Notes under the pieces: model-generated | The model's input: only the letters and a program-made list of their open reading frames with translations | Databases searched by the model: none | Told to the model about the DNA's origin: nothing | From: Gammaproteobacteria bacterium | Lineage (GTDB): Bacteria > Pseudomonadota > Gammaproteobacteria > DSM-16500 | Length of the DNA stretch: 64,000 nt | NCBI GenBank assembly: GCA_013286085.1 | Contig: JABDGK010000003.1 | Location: 19,115-83,114 of the forward strand | Direction: 5' to 3' | Part shown: in pieces, positions 1 to 7,753 of the stretch | Layout of the letters: each line of letters opens with the position of its first letter | Numbering within the stretch: position 1 is the first letter of the stretch | Made by a program: the position numbers and the translations under genes

Positions 1-666
1 TGGATGACTCGTCAGTATAAACACAAAATTGATGCAGACGTGCTGTTAAAAATTCCGCATTACTCCCGTTTGGCAGAGCAATTACTCAATAGTGGCGAAG
101 TTCATGTTTTTGATCTTTCCGTGGGTCTGCCAGGGTTTGTTATCATGGTGTTATATTTTTCGCATTCAATAGAAGATTCGGTTCAATATTCGATTGGAAT
201 TTCAGCGGGTTTTTCGCCACTTGAAGCGCTGACGAAAGCATTGAATGAACTCTGGTTGGATTATAGCTTTCTTTATACATCATTCGCTGTTTGGGGGAAG
301 GTCGAAAAAGTTCCTGACGGGAAAAAATATACTATTCGACATCTAGAGGATAATAACGTAGAAAAAACTAAAAAAATTATGTCATATGATTTAACAGCTG
401 CTTCTGATATGACAGCAGAAGATTTTCTTAAATTACCTAAAATAACAACCTCTGACGCATTAGCAAGTATTCGAACTATTTCAGATCAAGTATTTTTATA
501 TCATAAAAATGATCCTCGTGGTGATTATCATTATACAAAAATTATAAGCCCTGATTTTTTCTTGCATATGTCAGTGAGTGACAAGCTCAATATAGATAAT
601 CTTTATTTTAAAAAATTAGGTTATGATCCGAATAATCTGTATCGTCACGTGATTCCCTTCCCATAA
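1..666 (+). CDS. mcbD: McbD-like YcaO cyclodehydratase (microcin B17 synthetase subunit D homolog), 5'-truncated by the window edge
   Basis: Frame open from position 1. Motifs GEVHVFDL..LPG, QYSIGISAG..ALTKALNELWLDY, ISDQVFLY, YTKIISPDFFLHM and C-terminal IPFP match recalled E. coli McbD (YSTGLS..ELWQSY, YTKIVSPDFFLHM, VPFP). Confidence 0.85.
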   Translation, partial: WMTRQYKHKIDADVLLKIPHYSRLAEQLLNSGEVHVFDLSVGLPGFVIMVLYFSHSIEDSVQYSIGISAGFSPLEALTKALNELWLDYSFLYTSFAVWGKVEKVPDGKKYTIRHLEDNNVEKTKKIMSYDLTAASDMTAEDFLKLPKITTSDALASIRTISDQVFLYHKNDPRGDYHYTKIISPDFFLHMSVSDKLNIDNLYFKKLGYDPNNLYRHVIPFP

Positions 667-681
667 AAAAGGAGCTTTGGT

Positions 682-2706
682 GTGGCCACTATCAAACAAA
701 TTACATCTCTTTATCCGCATTCAAATATCATTGTTGCTGATATCAGCAGTTTTTTTACGTCACCTTATAAAGCGGCCATTGATATGGCAACACAGATCGA
801 TGAAGATGCTTTAAATACAATTAACCAAATGATTAAAGCGCCCTGGGTAACAAAGCAATACAATTATCAAACAGATTACTGGGTAGATATAGAATCCATT
901 GGAAATATAACAGCAATTAAAACCAAAGAATTAGTGGCTTTTTTAAGCGCTAAAATAACAGAAAATACGTTATTAGTTGTTAATTTGAATCATTCTGCAT
1001 TAGATGACGATAATGCATTATTTTTTGAATTCTTGCGTCGCTATTTGCCTAATTTAACTATTCATTTTAATAGCACAGAAAACCAAGAAAATAGCCCTAG
1101 TTATTATTTAATTCATCAAGAACAAAAAAATCTATCTTATTTAATAGATGATGTTTTGGTTCTCAATAACAAGTTAATTTTTATTGAGGTACGTGATAGC
1201 AGCGCAAAACAGTATTATCAAAATAAGTTATCTGCATTTGTTACCAACAATAATGCGGTTTTACCAGAAGAGATCATCCAGCATGCTTGGTCAGCCGCCT
1301 ATGTAGGTGCGATCCATTTAGCAACTCGCCTACTGAAACAGTATTATAATGAAAGCAAAAACATGGCTTATCTCGCACATCTGCAATATATACGCCTAGT
1401 TTCTGGCTATTTTCATGATGTGGTCAATGAGCCCTATGAGGATTTCACCGGCGATCCATTGCTATTGAATAGGCTTTTTTATGCAAAAGCTTATTGCGCC
1501 GTTTTGACTAATAATATAGAAGTTGCTGGCATTTATTTCCAAAAAATGGGCATGCATGCCGATAAATCGCTTTCTGATTTGCAGTCTTTGTATCATGCGA
1601 ATATTTATGCTTTATACCAACATCGATTAGGAAATCTCCAAACAGCGTCTGATCTTGAGCACAGAATTGAAAGTCAGTTAGATAGCGATAATGAAATTCA
1701 TACGCAAATTCGTTATATCAACTCCCTTAATCTGGCGAGATTGTATCGTTTTATGGGTGATGTTGAAAAAGCAAGATATTACTTTGACTTAGCCTATCAA
1801 AGTATTAACGGCGTCATGTTAGAAGCTGATTATGTTTATAGAAATGTGAATTATGCTTCTCTTTATGAAAAAACAGGCGATATTAAGAATGCCTTTCATT
1901 GTTGGTTAAGAGCCACATTGCATTGGATGGCTATGCGTTATCCTGAATCGCTAGGATGGCGAATCAGCAGGGCTATTTTAAGAAAGGAAATGCATCCTGG
2001 TAAGGCTTTACCCTTAGATGAAGTTAGTAATGTATTTTATAAAAATTTACATGCATTAGCAGAACGGTTAAATCTTGATTTTGAAGAGCGCGATGTTGAT
2101 GTTGATCTTTATATCAAACAGGTAAAATATTTTGATGGAAACTTTGAGCAAGCTCAATATTACGGAAAAGATAATCAGGTAGGATTCATCGGTGCTGTTT
2201 CCTCGTTGACTGATGAGTGGTGTTATCACCAACCTCGCGAGCTTAAACAACTTGTTTTAAAGTGTCTTGCCGCTCTACATTGTTTACCCGATGTAAAACA
2301 CTGCAACACACTTGTTATTGATACGGATCATGATACAGAGATGCCTATCATGTTCCATCAAGCTATTAAGCGTTGTATTTTTCTGAATATTCCTACACTA
2401 AATTGGGATGAAACAGTAATCGATATAGCAAAATATAAAGAAGAATTACTAAAAGGTGTCATGATAAAGCTCTCGCCATCCCAAGCTTCTTTGACAACCG
2501 AAGATCAACAACAGCGTGTAGTCTATAAACGGTATAAACAAAATATATTGATACAGCCTGAAGTATCTACCTTATTGAAAGATATGAAAAAACATACTTA
2601 CATAGATGCTGTTAAACAATTCACATCAAAGATTTTACAGGATTTGGAGCGAGAAAAAATAATCTATTTCGATTTTGACCCGGAAAAAATGCCTGATTTC
2701 GTATAA
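682..2706 (+). CDS. TPR-like hypothetical protein, possible C-terminal PqqD/RRE-like domain
   Basis: 674-aa ORF, GTG start with GGAG RBS 15 bp after the mcbD-like stop; helical repeats such as NLARLYRFMGDVEKARYYFDLA and NYASLYEKTGDIKNAFHCWLRA. Confidence 0.7.
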   Translation: MATIKQITSLYPHSNIIVADISSFFTSPYKAAIDMATQIDEDALNTINQMIKAPWVTKQYNYQTDYWVDIESIGNITAIKTKELVAFLSAKITENTLLVVNLNHSALDDDNALFFEFLRRYLPNLTIHFNSTENQENSPSYYLIHQEQKNLSYLIDDVLVLNNKLIFIEVRDSSAKQYYQNKLSAFVTNNNAVLPEEIIQHAWSAAYVGAIHLATRLLKQYYNESKNMAYLAHLQYIRLVSGYFHDVVNEPYEDFTGDPLLLNRLFYAKAYCAVLTNNIEVAGIYFQKMGMHADKSLSDLQSLYHANIYALYQHRLGNLQTASDLEHRIESQLDSDNEIHTQIRYINSLNLARLYRFMGDVEKARYYFDLAYQSINGVMLEADYVYRNVNYASLYEKTGDIKNAFHCWLRATLHWMAMRYPESLGWRISRAILRKEMHPGKALPLDEVSNVFYKNLHALAERLNLDFEERDVDVDLYIKQVKYFDGNFEQAQYYGKDNQVGFIGAVSSLTDEWCYHQPRELKQLVLKCLAALHCLPDVKHCNTLVIDTDHDTEMPIMFHQAIKRCIFLNIPTLNWDETVIDIAKYKEELLKGVMIKLSPSQASLTTEDQQQRVVYKRYKQNILIQPEVSTLLKDMKKHTYIDAVKQFTSKILQDLEREKIIYFDFDPEKMPDFV

Positions 2707-2789
2707 CAACGGTGTCCGCACACTGGAAGGGCACTGTGTGACTACTATTTTTAAAATTGAAGCTACATTTCACTTCTGTGTTCAGATCG

Positions 2790-2931
2790 TCGTCCTGAAA
2801 AACCTTACGCTCACTATTTTTTAACGAAGCCAATGTGCTATCACGTAAGGTTTATTCAGGATCCATGAGCGGAGAGTATAACGTTCAAGATAATCTACTA
2901 TTAATACTGAGCTGTTAGAAATCAAAAGAAG
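2790..2931 (+). repeat. Structured dispersed repeat family B, copy 1
   Basis: 142 bp, 3 mismatches to 4999-5140; nested hairpin tcctga-aaaaccttacg-loop-cgtaaggttt-attcagga. Confidence 0.95.
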
Positions 2932-3025
2932 AAAAATCATGCCGACCATCTATACTTACATTATGTCGAACAAAAGAGAATAAGAGTGTGGCCTGACACT
3001 CTTATTCTTTATCGATTGCCAAGAA

Positions 3026-3757
3026 TTACATGACGTTGGCGTGAGGCTTTTGTTGCAACACTTGACTACTACGCAATTCAAGATATCGATAAGTTGTAGA
3101 GATTGCATGATTTAAACGTCTCATAAAAGAACCGTTGTGATCTATATTAGATAGGTTAAATCTCATTTGAGATAAATAATCCAACGTTTCTTCAATGGAT
3201 TTTTCTTTGATTTGTTCAACTAAAGATTTAGCTTCACTAATATGGTGCCTACCCCAGTGCCCCTTCCAAAAGCAATTTGAATGATAGTCTTTAAAAAGCT
3301 TGGTAATGTTTTGATGGAAAGTTTTATCATCTTGGCATTGAGTTGATAATAGATCATGATAAGAATAGGGGGGATTTAATAGATTCATAGGCTTTCCACT
3401 ATTCAAGCTATACTCGTAAATCCGTTGATTCAACTCTATAACATTATTGCGATTAGTTTTTAGCGTACAGTGACTTGGATTTTCTTGAGCTATTTTATTC
3501 TTATCATCCAAAATTAATATTGATGAAAAAAGAAAAACCCAAGTAGGGTTAGGCGCTTTGTATTGGGTTTTTAGATAGTTTATATAACTGTCTACTGCCG
3601 CCTGTGAGTCAAGCAATATTAGATTAGAATAATTCAAACCTACATAACGGTCTATGTAGTAAGATCCGTTAAAAGTACTAGAATAGAGCCTAGGGCCTAC
3701 TGCTGAAGAAGATGATCTAACACCAGCAAACGCATAATATTTTCTCACTGAAGACAT
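3026..3757 (-). CDS. DUF5617 (RavJ C-terminal-like) domain protein, putative Dot/Icm effector
   Basis: LFKDY...FWKGHWGRHH...GSFMRRL resembles the Legionellales DUF5617 signature; GAGG RBS upstream. Confidence 0.7.
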   Translation of the reverse strand: MSSVRKYYAFAGVRSSSSAVGPRLYSSTFNGSYYIDRYVGLNYSNLILLDSQAAVDSYINYLKTQYKAPNPTWVFLFSSILILDDKNKIAQENPSHCTLKTNRNNVIELNQRIYEYSLNSGKPMNLLNPPYSYHDLLSTQCQDDKTFHQNITKLFKDYHSNCFWKGHWGRHHISEAKSLVEQIKEKSIEETLDYLSQMRFNLSNIDHNGSFMRRLNHAISTTYRYLELRSSQVLQQKPHANVM

Positions 3758-3804
3758 AGGTTACCTCGTGTGTAATTAAATTTTATTTATGAATGTCGAC
3801 ATAG

Positions 3805-3850
3805 ATAGTACACAATAAGCGCTGACAATATGATGACAGAATCATTACAA
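3805..3850 (-). promoter_or_regulatory. Pho-box-like triple direct repeat plus -10 box upstream of the DUF5617 gene
   Basis: Minus strand TTGTAAT-gatt-CTGTCAT-cata-TTGTCAG (11-bp period), then 11 bp, then TACTAT. Confidence 0.6.
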
Positions 3851-3872
3851 TTTTGCAGGGGTGAGTAACAGA

Positions 3873-4013
3873 GTAAGCGTATGGAGAACTGCTTTTCTCC
3901 ATATGCTTACGTTTCCGCTCATAGATCCTGAATAAACATTCCGCCTCAGAAGAATTGTTTCGCTAAAAAATGTGGGCGGAATATTTTTCAGGACGACGAA
4001 GCGGGTGGGTTTA
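3873..4013 (-). repeat. Divergent inverted copy of repeat family B plus an adjacent long hairpin (3873-3910)
   Basis: Minus strand reads taaacccacccgcttcgtcgtcctgaaaaatattccgc-loop-gcggaatgtttattcaggatctatgagcgga; same scaffold, different inner stem. Confidence 0.85.
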
Positions 4014-4180
4014 TTACGTAGTTTTAATGGGAACTGACACTCTTATTCTTTAACAACGGTGTCCGCATCATTTACTAATATAGCAAGTATAGCAGTTTTT
4101 CGAAGAATAAAAGTGTCAGTCCTTTTATTCCTCTTATTTCTATTTTGTAATTTACTGATATATATTGTAATTCCTCCCAT

Positions 4181-4212
4181 CTTAAGCACTTTTCAAGTGC
4201 ATGGTATATACT
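4181..4212 (+). promoter_or_regulatory. Possible PmrA-type box with -10 element
   Basis: cTTAAgcac-tt-tTCAAgtgc (11-bp period) then TATACT; degenerate match to the Legionellales PmrA consensus. Confidence 0.3.
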
Positions 4213-4246
4213 TATTTAAGAATCGCTTAAACCCCAGGAGGTTGAT

Positions 4247-4936
4247 ATGTCAAACAGTGCGCGAAAAACGATAGATAAACTATCTAGTGAAGAGCTAAGC
4301 GATAGTATAAATTCAGCATTTAATATTATCGAGACAAAAAAAAATGCGTTACAGGATAATGAAAAAAGTATCATTGATACTTTTGTGCAAAGCTGCCGCA
4401 CGCAAGTAAAAAACAATAAAGACAATAAAAAAGACGCCATAGCAGCCATAATGGGAAATATTCGTGCAATAAGAGACGAGGTGACTGCCAAAATAATAGA
4501 TAATAATACTTCTTCATCTAAATCCAAACAGGCTGGATTGGTTATTAGAGATCAGTTACACGAATTACTAACTTATTATGGAGAAGGATATCGACGACTG
4601 CAAAGTCAAAAACAGGCATCGGAAATGCAGAAATTGCCTGTGCCTGAGAAGTTAGAAAAGGCTATGACAAAGGTGCTGAATCAATGTATGTTCGCTGATG
4701 GAGAGACAACCAAGGCGATTGCACTCCATCTCAATAATATCAGAAAATACTATAGGGAAGGTTCGCAAAATGAATTAACTCATGAAATTAATAGCTTAAA
4801 ACAGTATGTTGAATTATGTACGCCGGGTCTTAAATTTAATGCGGCAGGTGCTAAAGAGGGGATGAAAAACGTGGTTGCAGATTTAGAAAAAGAACTCAGT
4901 CTTACATTACAACACAAACCACCAACACCGATGTAA
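4247..4936 (+). CDS. Helical/coiled-coil hypothetical protein, effector-like orphan
   Basis: 229 aa, strong AGGAGG RBS, no recognisable motif. Confidence 0.7.
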   Translation: MSNSARKTIDKLSSEELSDSINSAFNIIETKKNALQDNEKSIIDTFVQSCRTQVKNNKDNKKDAIAAIMGNIRAIRDEVTAKIIDNNTSSSKSKQAGLVIRDQLHELLTYYGEGYRRLQSQKQASEMQKLPVPEKLEKAMTKVLNQCMFADGETTKAIALHLNNIRKYYREGSQNELTHEINSLKQYVELCTPGLKFNAAGAKEGMKNVVADLEKELSLTLQHKPPTPM

Positions 4937-4981
4937 TTGGCGGAACGTTTACTTAACGTGTATAAGTTTAATCTTGATCTG

Positions 4982-5149
4982 TAAATCTCCCCACTTCATC
5001 GTCCTGAAAAACCTTACGCGCACTATTTTTTAACGAAGCCAATGCGCTATCACGTAAGGTTTATTCAGGATCCATGAGCGGAGAATATAACGTTCAAGAT
5101 AATCTACTATTAATACTGAGCTGTTAGAAATCAAAAGAAGGAGTTAAAT
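4982..5149 (+). repeat. Structured dispersed repeat family B, copy 2 (longest)
   Basis: Direct repeat of 2790-2931; ends shared with the 22776-22900 copy. Confidence 0.95.
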
Positions 5150-5153
5150 ATTG

Positions 5154-5933
5154 TCAATTCCATTTATTCCTTACTTCAATTAAAACCTTATCAAAATCAC
5201 TCACTTTAATTTTACCCATGCGAGGATATTCTAAATTAATGATAAGGAATATAGTGACAGAAGTTATCAATACGTAGCTAAATATATAAAGATTGGTGTC
5301 TGCCTTTTTCTCTGCTGTACTATAACCAGATAAGAAAGAGCCTAACGTAGCCAGTGCTAATAACAAACAAAAAATAACGAGCGGCGGATGAACTCTTGTC
5401 ATTTGATAACCGCCATCCGCAGCATCAAACATGGCATATACGCCGGGAATTACAAGAGAGGTCACGGTATCGTTATGCGTGGCTTCAGTGGCGGCGATAA
5501 CTTGACTCCACAACATCCGCTTAATGTTATCTGAATTTTTTAGTTGATCGCTAAGAGATGGTCCACCGATGGCAACGAGTTTATAAACTAACAAACGTGA
5601 ATCCAGATAATGTTTGAAAGTATCTCGTAAATCAGCTTGAGTGCGTGTTGTTAATAGATTAATCCCCAAGTACGCTGTTTGATATGCGTTGGCTTCGTCT
5701 ATAATATGAATTTTTCTTGTTTGAAACCTATCGTAGGCACCTGAGAACGTGAAGGCAATCAGTAATCCTAATAAAGCAAAAACGGCACCTTCGGCAACAC
5801 CAATAATTCCTAATTCATTTTCTTTTTGCCGACTTATTTTCCATTTACCGATCCGGCGACCTATAAAAGAACTACATAAAAGCAAAATAAAGACTGCCAA
5901 ATAAAACCAGTAAGAAGTGATTATCTTAATCAT
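5154..5933 (-). CDS. DUF4239/bestrophin-like membrane protein
   Basis: LLGLLIAFTFSGAYDRF..EANA and LEYPRMG motifs; about 4 TM segments. Confidence 0.75.
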   Translation of the reverse strand: MIKIITSYWFYLAVFILLLCSSFIGRRIGKWKISRQKENELGIIGVAEGAVFALLGLLIAFTFSGAYDRFQTRKIHIIDEANAYQTAYLGINLLTTRTQADLRDTFKHYLDSRLLVYKLVAIGGPSLSDQLKNSDNIKRMLWSQVIAATEATHNDTVTSLVIPGVYAMFDAADGGYQMTRVHPPLVIFCLLLALATLGSFLSGYSTAEKKADTNLYIFSYVLITSVTIFLIINLEYPRMGKIKVSDFDKVLIEVRNKWN

Positions 5934-6116
5934 CGGTATAAGACCCCAAAAAAAACCTGAGTTGCAGTAGAATCATATCAAAATTTAATACGCTATTCAT
6001 GCCATCTTCTAACATTAGGTGTTTTCCCTAATGCTAAAATTATTTACTTTCATCTATCATATTAATCTAACGAGTTTACTCATTATTTCTTCTATATTCC
6101 TGGAGGATGGACCATC

Positions 6117-6584
6117 ATGAAACAAACAATAGCCAAGTTAACGCTCATTGCTTTAGTTATTAGCTTAACAGCTTGTTCCACGAATACACGCGACCAAAAT
6201 ACCGCTGCAGGCGCAGGCACTGGCGCAGTTGTCGGTGGAGTAGTTGGTGCTTTGGCGCACGCAGGCAGTGGTTGGGTTATCGCAGCAGGCGCAATAGTGG
6301 GTGCCTTAGTTGGTGGTGTGATTGGTCACTCCATGGATAGCACTGACAATAGTCATATGAATACAGCGATGGATAAAAATTCAATTAATGCACCATCACA
6401 TTGGACAAATGATAAAACCGGCATTTGGTATAAAATAGTGCCGACTAGTGGTGTAATGGCTTATAAAGGTAGCACATATTGCCGTCATTATGTGGCATAC
6501 GGAAAATCCCACCATGGTAAAACTATGAAGACAAGAGGCATTGCTTGCCGCTCAGCAGATGGCATGTGGCAACAAGTTCGGTAA
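6117..6584 (+). CDS. 17-kDa surface antigen-like glycine-zipper lipoprotein
   Basis: Lipobox LTAC, glycine zipper, YCRHY...ACRSADGMW C-terminus. Confidence 0.85.
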   Translation: MKQTIAKLTLIALVISLTACSTNTRDQNTAAGAGTGAVVGGVVGALAHAGSGWVIAAGAIVGALVGGVIGHSMDSTDNSHMNTAMDKNSINAPSHWTNDKTGIWYKIVPTSGVMAYKGSTYCRHYVAYGKSHHGKTMKTRGIACRSADGMWQQVR

Positions 6585-6586
6585 TC

Positions 6587-6670
6587 AAATGCCATTAAGT
6601 TAAGAACCGTAGGGTGAACACGCTGCGCTTTGTTCACCCTACGGTTCTTTTGACGTTTAACTTAATGGCA
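6587..6670. mobile_element. Miniature element with IS4-like inverted ends enclosing a GTAG-REP hairpin
   Basis: 14-bp IR tgccattaagttaa/ttaacttaatggca around gaaccgtagggtgaacacgctgcgctttgttcaccctacggttc. Confidence 0.6.
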
Positions 6671-6691
6671 GCGGCAGGTCTGGCCCCAATT

Positions 6692-7099
6692 TCATTCAAT
6701 CATCTTTTTTGATTTTAGCCAATCCAAAATAATTACGGTGACAGGTGAACACTGTATTTTATCTTTGTGATTTAACCAGGTCACTTCTTCAATTTCAGCA
6801 TTCGCTTGTATCTCTCCCGTAAATTCTGCGAAATAACAGGTAATTTTTACCGGCATCCCATCCGGTTTGTCATGCGCTTGTGCTTTGAAAGTTTCGACAT
6901 ACTCAATTGTTGATGGCAAGAGATCAACAGAAATCTCTTCTTTAATTTCTCGGATAAGCGCTTCGTGATCGTTTTCGCCTGTATCTCTTTTTCCACCTGG
7001 AATGTAATAGATATCTTTTCCCTTTGAGCGCGCGCCAAGAAGTTGCTTATTCTTAATATATAACCATGCTAGCTTATCGATTTCATTCATTGGAGCCAT
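6692..7099 (-). CDS. NUDIX hydrolase
   Basis: Nudix box GGKRDTGENDHEALIREIKEEIS. Confidence 0.9.
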   Translation of the reverse strand: MAPMNEIDKLAWLYIKNKQLLGARSKGKDIYYIPGGKRDTGENDHEALIREIKEEISVDLLPSTIEYVETFKAQAHDKPDGMPVKITCYFAEFTGEIQANAEIEEVTWLNHKDKIQCSPVTVIILDWLKSKKMIE

Positions 7100-7226
7100 G
7101 CCTTCTAATTAAAGTGCAATATTATCCCATAAACCAGTATAATTTACTTTTATTTATCAAGGTGTGTGCTATTATTGTCCGGAATTTTGCTTTACCTGAA
7201 TCATAGACCACTCGAGGAGATATATA

Positions 7227-7682
7227 ATGATAAAAAACAATAAATTAATTCCGATCATGGGGTTATCCGTTTTAATGATAGCAACAACCGTACACGCTGC
7301 TGCAGATAATTTTAATTGTCCCCAACCATCACAAATTCAATCAACCGATTTTACAGCACCTTCTGTTTGGATCGCACCACCGGTTGCACATTCAGCTCCA
7401 CATGAAGTTGGCGCGGGATTGGGCGGCAGAAAAGTGAAAGAATTCATTGGTGCTGAAGCGGCTGAAGTGAATCATAAACAAGGTTGGGTATGTGTTTATA
7501 AATCAGAAGGTGGTATATCTGTTCATGAGTACCAAGCGAGAATTAGACAGATCGCAGAATCCAATCACTATTTAAGAAAATATTTAGCCAAAGTAAATAA
7601 AGCATTTAATGATGCAGAACCTTACTTGAAAAAATATCCGCAAGATGAAGCGATTGGTTTTGTGGGTTACCAAAGTAGATAG
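7227..7682 (+). CDS. Secreted hypothetical protein
   Basis: Signal peptide ending VHA; Cys pair; GAGGAG RBS. Confidence 0.75.
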   Translation: MIKNNKLIPIMGLSVLMIATTVHAAADNFNCPQPSQIQSTDFTAPSVWIAPPVAHSAPHEVGAGLGGRKVKEFIGAEAAEVNHKQGWVCVYKSEGGISVHEYQARIRQIAESNHYLRKYLAKVNKAFNDAEPYLKKYPQDEAIGFVGYQSR

Positions 7683-7696
7683 AATGTTTATCACCT

Positions 7697-7730
7697 CTGT
7701 CATGCCAGCATGCTTTTAGCTGGCATCCAG
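7697..7730. repeat. REP-like palindrome (gtcat...atcca type)
   Basis: ctgtcatgccagcatgcttttagctggcatccag. Confidence 0.6.
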
Positions 7731-7753
7731 AACTAGTTACAAGGAAATAATGC

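Noticed and set aside
2945-2972. dif/Xer-like site (cattatgtcgaa)
   Set aside because: Only one arm resembles a Xer site; the other does not
2790-5149. Family-B repeats as integron attC sites (end in GTTAAAT, follow orphan genes)
   Set aside because: No complementary RYYYAAC end at a suitable distance, no end-to-end palindrome, no integrase, and the genes are not co-oriented
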